The notes under the pieces were generated by a model, which saw only the letters and a program-made list of their open reading frames with translations, was not told the origin of the DNA and ran no database searches. Of a DNA stretch of 44,189 nucleotides, positions 8,867 to 18,932 are shown piece after piece. Made by a program: the position numbers and the translations under genes. The DNA lies in contig CAJZEA010000001.1 of the NCBI GenBank assembly GCA_915066515.1, positions 1 through 44,189 on the forward strand, read 5' to 3'. The stretch comes from an uncultured Neisseria sp. (GTDB taxonomy: Bacteria > Pseudomonadota > Gammaproteobacteria > Burkholderiales > Neisseriaceae). Positions within the stretch are counted from its first letter, which is position 1; every line of letters begins with the position of its first letter.

Positions 8867-10702
8867 CTATATCAATGCTGCCGCTTCCCAAGAATACCTG
8901 TTTGAAACAGTTGTACTTGTATATTCTTCAAAGCTTCCCAAAGCCGTTAAAGAAACAGTGCGCCAATCCGGTACTGCCGTACCTAATGTAATATTCCACA
9001 CCTCTCCTTTTTCCTCCGCGGTCAACCCACGCCCATCAGCAAGACCAACCTGAATGCGATCAGGCTCATCGCAAACATAATCAACTGAAGTGGAGTCAAT
9101 ATAAGCCGGCAATTTAATCGTACCGTTCAAATAATCCACGTTGCCAGTTGCATCGCCCGTTAATTTTCCTGCACCATCGTCTTGCGCTCTTTTCTTACCG
9201 TTATTTTGCCAAGTAAGTACCAGCGTTCCCGGCTTAATTGAATGCCCCAGCGAATAAGTGCACTTCCCGTTTGCCGCCTTGGGCAGATTATTTCCGCCCG
9301 TCTTTCCGCCATCAAAAGACGTGAAACCAGAGGAGTCTCCCCATTGGAACACTAAGCGGCTGCCAACATCCGGAAGAGACGGTAGATTAAGCAATACACT
9401 GCCTGTTGCAGACGATACCGTACCTACACTTTTACCGGACTCATCCCGTAACACGCCGTCGCCTGTATCGGTCAAAACATACCAAACGCCCAAAGCCATG
9501 AAAGACACTTTTAAACTACCCAAAGCAGGATTAGGTCTGAGCAGAGGGGCAAATGATGTACCGTGATTGGTTTCTTTAATTTCTACCGCAATAGCATATC
9601 GAGCGGATGATGATTTAGCACCCGGAATCGCAGTTACCGTGTAATAACCTGTCGGCAAACCACTCAAACGCCCATTGGCGTAATCAGCATTGACAACATT
9701 GTCGCCGCTTTTAAGTTGACCCAAGCCATTGTCTGTGTAGTTCCCAACTTTAAGACTGCCTGGCAAAATAGAACAAGGCAAAGTCAACGTCCCATTGCTG
9801 ACATGCCCCGCAAAAAGCTGTTTTTCCGGCGCGGCAGCGACCCATGCTTCGCCGGGAACCGGGTATTCATCCGCATAAGGTGTCTCGACTGTCGAGGTCG
9901 GTACAAGCTTTTCATAAATGCTTGACACCGTCAGCGTGGCATCTCCTGCCGAAAGGCCGTCTGATACAGGTTTCACGCCATAATAAGCCGCAGAATCTGC
10001 CACTTGGGTTTCCAAAATCTTAACTTTAGGCGCGGCATACCCCTTAACCGGATAATCGACACCATCAAAATCTCGGGTTAACGGATTGCTGATTTCCATT
10101 TTGACTACACGGCGCGGCACTTCTTCGACCTCACCGTTTGATTTTGGAATCTCAAAAATGCGCACTTCGTCTTCGATGTTGATAATGCGGAAATACTCCG
10201 TGATACGGCGCGTCACATCTTTGGTTTTGTCCTCATACTGCAGGCAATAACGCTCGCCAACCTTCGGCAACGGAGCTTCCACACGCTGATATGCCTGCAC
10301 GAGGCGAACGCCTGCCAAATGGCGGCCCAATAACGTCATGCGGCTCTCCACCGTCGGTACGGAATACGCCTCAATGCGCGGCATAATATCCGCGCGGCTC
10401 TCGCCGTAGTTGCGCGCTTTAAACGCCAAGAAAGACACGTTTTCAGAGGTCGGCGGCTCGGTAATGACGAAATGCCCGCCGTAAAGCGGCTCGGAATCAT
10501 TGCGCAAGACGGCAGGGTAGAGCAAACGGGCGTCCAAACTGCCCATCGTGCGGTCAACATCTGAAACAGGCGGGAAAATCTCGTTATCCTCGCCGGTCAG
10601 CGGCTGACCGACCATCAAACCGCCGCCATCAGGCGTATCGGTCATGCGCTGGCTGGGGTAAATCTGCAAATCCTGCTGCGTCAGGCGCGTTGTTTTTTCC
10701 AT
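8867..10702 (-). CDS. Tail/baseplate-region structural protein
   Basis: 611 aa; SQRMTDTPDGGG N-terminal motif; located two genes downstream of the tape measure gene. Confidence 0.7.
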   Translation of the reverse strand: MEKTTRLTQQDLQIYPSQRMTDTPDGGGLMVGQPLTGEDNEIFPPVSDVDRTMGSLDARLLYPAVLRNDSEPLYGGHFVITEPPTSENVSFLAFKARNYGESRADIMPRIEAYSVPTVESRMTLLGRHLAGVRLVQAYQRVEAPLPKVGERYCLQYEDKTKDVTRRITEYFRIINIEDEVRIFEIPKSNGEVEEVPRRVVKMEISNPLTRDFDGVDYPVKGYAAPKVKILETQVADSAAYYGVKPVSDGLSAGDATLTVSSIYEKLVPTSTVETPYADEYPVPGEAWVAAAPEKQLFAGHVSNGTLTLPCSILPGSLKVGNYTDNGLGQLKSGDNVVNADYANGRLSGLPTGYYTVTAIPGAKSSSARYAIAVEIKETNHGTSFAPLLRPNPALGSLKVSFMALGVWYVLTDTGDGVLRDESGKSVGTVSSATGSVLLNLPSLPDVGSRLVFQWGDSSGFTSFDGGKTGGNNLPKAANGKCTYSLGHSIKPGTLVLTWQNNGKKRAQDDGAGKLTGDATGNVDYLNGTIKLPAYIDSTSVDYVCDEPDRIQVGLADGRGLTAEEKGEVWNITLGTAVPDWRTVSLTALGSFEEYTSTTVSNRYSWEAAALI

Positions 10703-10748
10703 TTTTGAAACCTTTTTAAATCCTGTTTAAACCTACTTTCAGACAACC

Positions 10749-11159
10749 TTAAAACGTCATCAGGCAGAGCTGGGCTGTGTATCGTTCGCTATCCGTTTCC
10801 GGCGTTGAGTAATGCACCGGCTCGACATTATTCAAAGCCGCGTTGTGGGTACGCCAAATAACATTAAATTCGCGGCCATCATAATGAGTCAGCGTCATTT
10901 CCAATTCGGGGACGTCCGTCCAATCGCGCAACGTACGCAAGATACTTAAATCAAGCCACACCCAATCGCCCGACAGCGTAATCGGGCGACCGTTTGCCTT
11001 AATGCCTTGTTGGATGACCAATCCGCCCGACAAGGTACGTTGCGGCGCGGCCTGAGCGACCTTGTTCCATTCAAATTCATCGTCCCAGCGCATATCCTGC
11101 GGCAGATGTACGGCCACGCCGGTGTCTTTCCGTTTCAGCGTCCATTCTTGATTTGCCAT
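10749..11159 (-). CDS. Tail protein following the tape measure (distal-tail-like)
   Basis: 136 aa; W.DEF.W...RTLSGGLVIQ...GRPITL motif; position. Confidence 0.7.
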   Translation of the reverse strand: MANQEWTLKRKDTGVAVHLPQDMRWDDEFEWNKVAQAAPQRTLSGGLVIQQGIKANGRPITLSGDWVWLDLSILRTLRDWTDVPELEMTLTHYDGREFNVIWRTHNAALNNVEPVHYSTPETDSERYTAQLCLMTF

Positions 11160-11262
11160 TTCAGACGGCCTTTGCGTATTTTTCTCAAAACCCTATTAAA
11201 ACAAAAGCCCCGAAAATCGGGGCTTGGCATGGTTGCAGTCAGATGTTTGCAGGCCGTCTGAA

Positions 11263-14200
11263 TTATGTCGTGCGCTTTAATGAAGCTTGTAAACTATTTA
11301 TAAAACCGTTAACAGCTTTCTCGGCAACCGCTTGGTCGCGCTGCGCCAAAATTTGGTTAAGCTTTTCCGGGTCGATATTAACCTGCGTATTGCCGATTTG
11401 TTGCAACCGCTGGGCAGCATTACTGTTACCATACGAACCTTGGTTGCGGACTTGCTCTTGCGCGGCAGATTCGGCGCGTTTGCTGCGCTGCCTGTTGTAA
11501 ATCTGTTGCTGCAAATCGATTTGACGCTGATATTCGCGCGCAACGTCGGTTTGTTTGAGGCGGTTGGCATTGTCCAGTTTTTGCTGCAGTTCGCGAATTT
11601 TTCTTTCTTGCTGCAAAGAATAAATCGCTTCCGTATTGCCATTAAGCTCGGCAAGTTCGGCCTCAAGCGCGCGGGTTGCATCATGTGCTTCTTGGCGCAG
11701 GGCATTCAGCCGGCGTTGGGCATCGGATATCGCATTGCGGAATTTTGTCAGCTCAGTATTCCCCAATTTATCGGCAGCACGAGAGGCCGCGCTGGCCGCA
11801 TCGTTCAAAATATCCTGTGTCACTGCGCCTTGAGCAGAAGCATTGGTCAGCCTTTGCATCGCGGTATTCGCGTTGTAAATCTGTTGCGTATACTCTTTCA
11901 TCTGAGCAGCGCGGAATGTGGCCTCCATGCCCAACTTAATACCAGAGAACTGCTGATTCATGAGATTTAATTGCTCATTATTGAGCTTATAAAACCCAGC
12001 CGTTTGCGTCAGACGGTAGCCATAATCGCTAAACGATTTAGACGCATTTGCCGCCGCTTTGGCTGCATTGTCTGCCTCCGCTGCCGCCTCTTTGTTGGCT
12101 GTCGCCACTTTTCTGACCGATTGGGCATGGTTTTCCGCCGCTTGCGAGCCTTTGTCATGCGCGGCTTTCGCGGCTTCGCCAGTTTTGAGGGCAGTATCGT
12201 TTAACCCTTGATAGGCCGCTTTGGCTTTTTCCGCACCACCCGTCGCCGCGTCGCCCAAACGGGCAAGCTGCTCCTGCGTCAACAGTGCCGCGTCGCCGCT
12301 GGCTTTGAGCTGATGTTGAAACTCGGCAAATTCCTCCTTGCTTTTAAGTTTGCCCATCATGGCCTCAAAGGCTGCCTGTATCAGCTTGGCATCTTTTTGA
12401 CCGGCGGCCGCCGCTTCTGTCGAGGCTGTCTGAAAATCAGCGAATGCCTGCCGCGCGTCGCTGCTGATGCCCGTCATCACGGCCTTGCTGTCCACGCCGA
12501 TTCTGGCAAAGGCGTCGGCAACCTTGTCCGTCGACTCCCTTGCCGTATCTCCGATTTTCTTGATTTCTTCAGCCGTCAGTCCGGATTGTTTGCCTACCTT
12601 TTCCAATTCGGCCAAAAGAGCATCGGTTGATTCTTTGCTGTCCATCTGCTTGAGCGCAGCCTGAAACACCCGGCCCATCTGCTCGGCATCATTACCAAAC
12701 TGAGAGGCAACACGCGAAAAATTGGCAATACCTTCCGCCGCCTTTTTGCTCATGCCGGTGGTTACTTCTTCCGCCGTCAAACCCAAAGCCTCAAGAGCTT
12801 TTTGTGCTGCGGCAAGCTCTCCTGTATCTGCGCTGATTTTGACGTTTTTCTTATCAAGTTCGGCTTTCAGTTCGGCGGTTTTGGTACGCACGTTTTCCAG
12901 CTTGATTGCCAGTTCGCTGTAAAAGTCGCTGGTTTCTCGACCGTCGGCACGCAAGGCGGCCATACTGTGTTCCAACGCTGACAACTCTGTTGCAGACGCA
13001 CGATATTCGGCTTGCAGGGCTTTGACGGCGGCTGCCTCTTCTTCAGCAGCTTTTTTTTTGGCGACAGCGGCTTTTTCGGCAGCTTCCTGGGCTTTTTTAT
13101 CCGCTATCTCCAACTCGCGCTTAATTTGGGCTTCGGTTTTGAAAAACTCGTGATACTTGTCGAGACCACCGGTGGTAAACAGACTATCCAAAATGGCAGG
13201 AATACGGGCGAGGTTATCGCCGAAAATTTTTGCTAAATCCGTATTTTCGCGCAGCCAGCCGCCTACACCACGGCCAACCTCAAAAGCCGCAAACAATAAT
13301 CCGGCATTGGATGCCGCCGTCTTGAGATTTTGAGCCAATGCTCCCGCAGCCGCCGCGCCATTACCGAAACCGTTACCGGCAGCAGCGGATTTGAGCGCGA
13401 TGCCCAGCTCCCGTGCAGCGACAGTGGTCGACAGGATGGATGCTTTGGTTGCTTCAATTCCGACACGCTGGGTCGCAAATGATGCCGATACCGCACCACC
13501 AGTCAGGCGAACAGCCGCCTCATAAGCCTTGACGGCAACTGCGCCTGCTGCGAACAGTGCGGCAAGTTGCGTCAAGGCCGGGAACTCTTCAGTAATCGCT
13601 CCGATTGCACTTGCCACACTGCCGGCCGTACTCGCCAATAGAGACACTAAAGGCAGCAACTTTTCGCCGACCTCGATGGCAACGTTGATGATTTCCTGCT
13701 TGGCTTTGGCAATCTGCGCCTCGCTGGTAGACATGGCGTTTGCCACCTCTTTTTGCATCGCGCCAACGACTTGTCCCTTGTCGGCGACCAAGCCCAAAGC
13801 CTTTTCATATTCGCCCAACGAGCCGACCAAAAGCGCGATGTCGTCGCTATATTCCGTACCGAAGAGTTGCGAGAGTGTCAGGGCACGGCTTTGTTTATCC
13901 AAGCCTTCGAGTTTGTGCAAGAAGTCCGTCAAAGCCTGCTGCGGATTGGCGGCGATATTGGCCGCCATCTCATCTGCAGACGTACCGATACCTTCCAAGG
14001 CCGCCTGAAAGTCTTTGCCCTGGCTTTGCGCGGTTTGCAGTTTTTGCAGCATAGCATTGATGGCGGTAGCCGCCACTTCGGGCGGTTTGCCCAATGCGAT
14101 AAATGCGTCGGCAAGCGCGGCAGCTTCGTCGGCAACCAAGCCGAACTGTTTCGCCGTACCGCCGATACGCGCCATTGCGGCGACAATGTCTTTTTCTCGT

Positions 14201-15318
14201 GCGGCGGTATTGTTGCCCAAAACGTTGATGGCATCGCCGAGCTTTTCCACTTCGCCGATTGGGAGTTGGAACACGTTGGCAATCGTCGCGGCGGCATTAC
14301 CTGCCTCTTCAGCGGTCATGCCGAAGGCAACCGACATCTTGGACGCGATGGCGGTAAATTCCGACAATTTCTCAATCGGAATGCCGAGTTGTCCACCCGC
14401 TGCGGCAAGCTCGGCCATTTCAGCGGCGGAAATGCCTAATTCCGCGCCCATTTTCTTCAGCTCGTCTGAAAGTTGAGCGTACTGCTCGTCCGTGCCTTCG
14501 GCAACTTTTTTCACGCCCGCCATCGCGGTTTCAAACTTCATCGCCTCGCGGGTGGCAAACGCCAAGCCGCCTGCACCACCGACCAAGCCCTGAATCTCCG
14601 AAGCAACCTCGGCAATAGACGGCTTCACGCCTTTCAGGCTGGCTTCAAGTTCGCGCACCTTGCCTTCCTGCAACTGCGCCGCCCGGGCTAATTCTTCATG
14701 CGAGAGTGTGCCGCTGTTTTTAAGCAATTCGTAGGCGTCTTTGGTCTTTTGGATTTCCTGCCGTGCCTTGTCGTCGGTATCGATGCCGAGCTGGATTTTG
14801 GCATCGGCGATCGCCTTTAGGGTTTGTGCTTCGGCGGTCAGGCGGTCGAGCTGCGCCGTTGCGGCGGCGGATTCGGACGACAGGCGCGCCTCTTCGGCGG
14901 CAAGGTTTTTGACGGACACACCCGACACCGACATCGCGTCGCGGGCGGCATACAGCTTGCCCGTCAGCTCGGTTTCGCTTTTTGCTAGGCGTTCGGATTC
15001 GGCGCGAAGTTTCGCCAAATCGGCCTGCTGTTGCTGCGTACCGCCGCCGCGCATGGATTTCTCCAACGTCGCGGTCAGCTCGTCCAGTGCACGCATTTCT
15101 TTAGCGGTATTGTCCAATTCCGCCGACAACGCCTTATATTCTGCAATTGCCGCCTGTTGCGCTTGTGCTTTGGCCAGCGTTGCGCCCAGCTCTTTCGCTT
15201 CGGTGGTCAGCTTGCCCGTATCGATGCCCGCCGCCTCGATGGACTGCGCCAGCGCGTCGATGTTTTCAACGCCGGACACGCCCGCCTTAATCTCTAAACC
15301 TGCCTGAATATTCGCCAT
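11263..15318 (-). CDS. Tail tape measure protein
   Basis: 1351 aa, Ala-rich helical; FETAMAGVKK...AAAGGQLGI core of TP901-type tape measures. Confidence 0.92.
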   Translation of the reverse strand: MANIQAGLEIKAGVSGVENIDALAQSIEAAGIDTGKLTTEAKELGATLAKAQAQQAAIAEYKALSAELDNTAKEMRALDELTATLEKSMRGGGTQQQQADLAKLRAESERLAKSETELTGKLYAARDAMSVSGVSVKNLAAEEARLSSESAAATAQLDRLTAEAQTLKAIADAKIQLGIDTDDKARQEIQKTKDAYELLKNSGTLSHEELARAAQLQEGKVRELEASLKGVKPSIAEVASEIQGLVGGAGGLAFATREAMKFETAMAGVKKVAEGTDEQYAQLSDELKKMGAELGISAAEMAELAAAGGQLGIPIEKLSEFTAIASKMSVAFGMTAEEAGNAAATIANVFQLPIGEVEKLGDAINVLGNNTAAREKDIVAAMARIGGTAKQFGLVADEAAALADAFIALGKPPEVAATAINAMLQKLQTAQSQGKDFQAALEGIGTSADEMAANIAANPQQALTDFLHKLEGLDKQSRALTLSQLFGTEYSDDIALLVGSLGEYEKALGLVADKGQVVGAMQKEVANAMSTSEAQIAKAKQEIINVAIEVGEKLLPLVSLLASTAGSVASAIGAITEEFPALTQLAALFAAGAVAVKAYEAAVRLTGGAVSASFATQRVGIEATKASILSTTVAARELGIALKSAAAGNGFGNGAAAAGALAQNLKTAASNAGLLFAAFEVGRGVGGWLRENTDLAKIFGDNLARIPAILDSLFTTGGLDKYHEFFKTEAQIKRELEIADKKAQEAAEKAAVAKKKAAEEEAAAVKALQAEYRASATELSALEHSMAALRADGRETSDFYSELAIKLENVRTKTAELKAELDKKNVKISADTGELAAAQKALEALGLTAEEVTTGMSKKAAEGIANFSRVASQFGNDAEQMGRVFQAALKQMDSKESTDALLAELEKVGKQSGLTAEEIKKIGDTARESTDKVADAFARIGVDSKAVMTGISSDARQAFADFQTASTEAAAAGQKDAKLIQAAFEAMMGKLKSKEEFAEFQHQLKASGDAALLTQEQLARLGDAATGGAEKAKAAYQGLNDTALKTGEAAKAAHDKGSQAAENHAQSVRKVATANKEAAAEADNAAKAAANASKSFSDYGYRLTQTAGFYKLNNEQLNLMNQQFSGIKLGMEATFRAAQMKEYTQQIYNANTAMQRLTNASAQGAVTQDILNDAASAASRAADKLGNTELTKFRNAISDAQRRLNALRQEAHDATRALEAELAELNGNTEAIYSLQQERKIRELQQKLDNANRLKQTDVAREYQRQIDLQQQIYNRQRSKRAESAAQEQVRNQGSYGNSNAAQRLQQIGNTQVNIDPEKLNQILAQRDQAVAEKAVNGFINSLQASLKRTT

Positions 15319-15427
15319 TATTTAATCCTGTTTTAAAACCCGTTTAAAAAAGGCCGTCTGAAACCTGCCGCCGCTGCGCCTAGACGCAGAAGCCAGTTTC
15401 AGACGGCCTTTGTTTATTACCGAATCT

Positions 15428-16186
15428 TTAGTTGTTGTACGACGTGAAGGAATAGGTCGAAGTCTCGCCCGAAGCCAACACCGCCGTGCCTTTGAATTCC
15501 GCCGTATTAAAGTCGTCGCCAAACCAGTCGATACTGCCGTCCGCAGCTAGTACGGCATGGGGAATGTGCAGAATGCCGGTCTCGCCGGTAACGCGGTTGC
15601 GGCCGTCAACATAGATTTCCAAATCCAATCGGGACAAGGTGGCTGCGGACACTTTGTAGCCGCCGGAATCGCGGGTTTTGTAGTCGACAGTGATGTTTTC
15701 GCCGTCGTTGACGGTATCTGCAGCCGGCAGGATGGTAATCATGCCCAAGGTGGCATTAATGTCCAAATGCTTGGCATCAACATTGGCGTTTGACTTGTTT
15801 TTGACTTTGACGGTAGCCGGGTCGATGTTGCCGTTTGCCAGTTTGTACGCCATGCCTTTTTTACCGATGGTCACGGTCTCGCCGGTAACGGTCTCCGCCG
15901 TAGCCGCGATGACGGCGGCTTCGCCCATCAGAGCGAGCGCGAGGTTGTCTTTATCGAAGGTGTCGAGCTTCAGACCGATTTCGGTAGGCTTGACGGTTTT
16001 CAAGCTGTCCAATGCGCTGCCGTAAGTGCCTTTTTGCTTGGACACACGCTCTTTGGTCTCCACGCTGGTCTGCGTGGTCAGGGCGGTGGTGTTGCCGATG
16101 TCGATAAAGCCCGAGCCTTTTTGATTGAGGTTGCGTACCTTGACGTCGCCCTCAAAGATTAAGCCGTGGTCGTTTTGTTTTGCCAT
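15428..16186 (-). CDS. Major tail (tube) protein
   Basis: 252 aa between the tail-completion genes and the tape measure; AGGAG RBS. Confidence 0.75.
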   Translation of the reverse strand: MAKQNDHGLIFEGDVKVRNLNQKGSGFIDIGNTTALTTQTSVETKERVSKQKGTYGSALDSLKTVKPTEIGLKLDTFDKDNLALALMGEAAVIAATAETVTGETVTIGKKGMAYKLANGNIDPATVKVKNKSNANVDAKHLDINATLGMITILPAADTVNDGENITVDYKTRDSGGYKVSAATLSRLDLEIYVDGRNRVTGETGILHIPHAVLAADGSIDWFGDDFNTAEFKGTAVLASGETSTYSFTSYNN

Positions 16187-16198
16187 GTGGCAGCTCCT

Positions 16199-16669
16199 TT
16201 AGTTTGCCTGCACGGTGTCGCAGGCGAATGAAATGGGGTAAAAAGCAAAGCCGTCGTTGTATTCTATGGATGGCGAGGCGATGCGGCGGAAAGGGGTAAC
16301 GGCATATTCGTCGCCCGCATCCCAGCCTGAAAACGCACGCTGGATTGCCGTCAGGGTCTCGCCGACCTCGTACAGCGTGGATTTGCCGTTGGCGGTATAG
16401 CTTCGTGCGAGGACGAAGGTAAAGTGCAGCGTCGATTTGAGGAATTTGCCGTTTTTCGCCTCGTCGGCAAAGGTCGAGCCGCCGTAAACGACATAGACCG
16501 CGCCGTCCAACGGGGCGGCTTTGCGCTTCGCCGCGCCTTGGGCAAGCAGCTCGGCAAGTTCGCCGATCTCCTTGACTGCCTTAATGCCTTTGACGGTTTT
16601 CAGACGGCCTAGGATTTCGGGATAGACCGCCAATAAGTTTTCATGCTGTTTTAAAGCCATATCAGACAA
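16199..16669 (-). CDS. Tail terminator/Mu gp37-like protein
   Basis: Position and size (156 aa). Confidence 0.6.
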   Translation of the reverse strand: MSDMALKQHENLLAVYPEILGRLKTVKGIKAVKEIGELAELLAQGAAKRKAAPLDGAVYVVYGGSTFADEAKNGKFLKSTLHFTFVLARSYTANGKSTLYEVGETLTAIQRAFSGWDAGDEYAVTPFRRIASPSIEYNDGFAFYPISFACDTVQAN

Positions 16670-17093
16670 TCAATCCTTCCAGCCAATCGGACATCAATTC
16701 GTCAATGTCCTGATGATCTTGCGAAGACAAGCCCAAAAACGGGCGGGCAGGCATGGTTTTCGTGCCTTCCTGCACATAAACCGAGTAGCCCATTACCGAG
16801 CCGGTAATCACGCTTTTTGCCGATGCCTCGTGCGTAATACTTGCCAAGAAGTTGCCGTGGTCCACCAAAATCCCGCCGCGTCCGTTTTTGGCTTGTGCCG
16901 TTGCGGGGCTGACATCCTGCCAGCGTTTGCCGTCGGGGGCGGTTTTGGTTTCGGCGATACGGCGGCGGGTCGAAGATTCGAGGATGCCGCCGATAGCGCG
17001 CAAAGGCTCTTCAAGGCTGCCGTTCAACCTGCCCGATAGGCGGTTCAGGCTTTGGGCGATACGCGACAAGTCGTGTGATACCGTAATCCGCAT
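16662..17093 (-). CDS. Virion morphogenesis (Mu gpG-like tail completion) protein
   Basis: PDGKRW and MPARPFLGLS motifs. Confidence 0.85.
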   Translation of the reverse strand: MRITVSHDLSRIAQSLNRLSGRLNGSLEEPLRAIGGILESSTRRRIAETKTAPDGKRWQDVSPATAQAKNGRGGILVDHGNFLASITHEASAKSVITGSVMGYSVYVQEGTKTMPARPFLGLSSQDHQDIDELMSDWLEGLIV

Positions 17094-17096
17094 TGC

Positions 17097-17507
17097 CTAC
17101 TCCTTCAGCCATTCCCGCAAATCGGGTTCGGCATTCACATAAACGGCACACGTTGATGGTCTGCGGTCATCTGATACGCGGCTTTCGTCCAGCATATTCG
17201 GATTTTTGACGACCATCTTCAGCCAGGCGATTGCCGACTGATAACGCTCTTCGACAATACCCGTTACCGCATCGTCGTAGAGATAGTAGCGGGCGATGTC
17301 GCAGACTTTGATTTTCAAAACCTGCGGCGCGGTGTCGTTGGTAAAAAACAGTTTCGCCGCCCGAAGGTAGCTTGCCGCCTCTTCTTCCGCGTCGGCGATT
17401 GCCGCCGCCATTACTGCTTCGTCTATGGTTTCGTAGTTTTCATGGTTCGACCGCTCCGCCATTTCCTGCTCGCCAAAGCGGGTAATCATGTCTTGGATGG
17501 TAATCAT
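17097..17507 (-). CDS. Mu gp36-like head-tail connector
   Basis: CDIARYYLYD...RYQSAIAWLK motif; follows the capsid gene. Confidence 0.85.
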   Translation of the reverse strand: MITIQDMITRFGEQEMAERSNHENYETIDEAVMAAAIADAEEEAASYLRAAKLFFTNDTAPQVLKIKVCDIARYYLYDDAVTGIVEERYQSAIAWLKMVVKNPNMLDESRVSDDRRPSTCAVYVNAEPDLREWLKE

Positions 17508-17564
17508 GCCGTCCTCCGTTTTCAGACGACCTTTAAAACTCCTTAAAGGCCGTCTGAAATCCGT

Positions 17565-18554
17565 TTAAGACATGGTCAGCGTTGCCAACAACTCGGGGCG
17601 CAGCGCAATCGGCAATGGATTGGACTGCATATGCAGGCTCCAGCCTTTGTCGTGCTGCAATTTCTCGCGGCTGGCGTAATACGGCAGGGCGCGGGTGTTG
17701 ACGGTGGCGTTCATGTCGGCAGGCGCGAAATACTCTTTGTAGAGATTGCGGCCGACCGGCAGCAGAATCGCTTTGTCTGCCGCAATGTCGGCGGCGCTGC
17801 CGAAATGGTTGGCGTATTCGATAAAGCGGATGCCTTTGTGGACGAACTCGGTCGGATTGAGCGTATCGCCCTCGCGGTAGGCGCGTGCTTCGTCAAAGCG
17901 TTTGTACACTTCGAAGATGGACTTATGCTCTTTGAGCGCACTCAAAAACTCTGCGCCGCAATACACGACCCAGCCGCGCACTTGCGCACCGTTGAATTTT
18001 TGGCGTTGTTCGGACAAGAGCTTGTCCAATACCGCGCCGACTTTGGTCGTGTCTTTCGACAATTCGATGTTTTGCGTTTTGCGTGTAACGCCGAAATCGG
18101 TGTTGATGTCCAAAATCACGCTGCCGTCCGCATCCAAAATCTTGCCTTGCAACGCGCCGAGCATCAGATGCTCACGGGTGTATTCAAGGTCGGATTTGCC
18201 GCCGGCCAGCTTTTCGTTGACCTTGTCCATGACGGTCGCGGCTTGGGTCGTGCCGAAAGCGCGCAGGTTCTGCACGTCGTCCGCGCGGATGACGTCATGA
18301 ATCGGCAGGTGTGGGATCTTGACGGTACGCACGGTGCGTTTCGGACTTTCGACCGCCTGGCCGGCCGTACCGCGCTCTTTGCTGGCTACCAAGTGGACTT
18401 TGCCGTCTTGGAACTCAATGTCGGCGTAGGTAGTCGTCAGATATTCGGGCTCGAAAATACCCAGCTCGCGGATTTGGCTTGCGCCCGGGTCGATTTTGTT
18501 GACGGCGGTGGTCAAAGCCTGCACGCCGAATTTGCTGTTGTCAGATAAAGGCAT
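17565..18554 (-). CDS. Major capsid protein (lambda gpE-like family)
   Basis: 329 aa; TREHLMLGALQGKILDADG and QSNPLPIALRP motifs. Confidence 0.88.
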   Translation of the reverse strand: MPLSDNSKFGVQALTTAVNKIDPGASQIRELGIFEPEYLTTTYADIEFQDGKVHLVASKERGTAGQAVESPKRTVRTVKIPHLPIHDVIRADDVQNLRAFGTTQAATVMDKVNEKLAGGKSDLEYTREHLMLGALQGKILDADGSVILDINTDFGVTRKTQNIELSKDTTKVGAVLDKLLSEQRQKFNGAQVRGWVVYCGAEFLSALKEHKSIFEVYKRFDEARAYREGDTLNPTEFVHKGIRFIEYANHFGSAADIAADKAILLPVGRNLYKEYFAPADMNATVNTRALPYYASREKLQHDKGWSLHMQSNPLPIALRPELLATLTMS

Positions 18555-18569
18555 ATTTTTTCCTTGTGG

Positions 18570-18932
18570 TTACAGTTCGCTGCCATTCGGGTTGACAATA
18601 CGGTTTAAAACATAAACGATGCCGTATGGATCGCCATCTTTATTCAGATGCTCAATCACATTACCTCCCGTTTTCGATGTACCGCCGCGAATTGCATCGT
18701 CTGAGCATCGATCCAGATTGATGATGCAATTGTGCGGCTGTACGATAACTTTACCGTCGACTTCATCTGTTAACGCCAGCAGTTTGAACTCGCTGCGGAG
18801 AGGAAAACTAACAAATGTACCGGCTTTTGTGCCTTGCGAAGCAGTAATCGCCACACGGGTCTGAGGCGTCGCTTCATATTTCAAAAAGTCGGAAATAGAA
18901 GGGCCTAAGATTTCGGTTTTGGCTTTAGACAT
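18570..18932 (-). CDS. Head decoration/cement protein
   Basis: 120 aa between the protease and the capsid gene (gpD position); SDFLKYE motif. Confidence 0.75.
   Translation of the reverse strand: MSKAKTEILGPSISDFLKYEATPQTRVAITASQGTKAGTFVSFPLRSEFKLLALTDEVDGKVIVQPHNCIINLDRCSDDAIRGGTSKTGGNVIEHLNKDGDPYGIVYVLNRIVNPNGSEL

Noticed and set aside
3175..10702. Invertible G-segment/shufflon or diversity-generating retroelement for tail genes
   Set aside because: No serine invertase or reverse transcriptase, no inverted tail gene copies and no TR/VR pair seen
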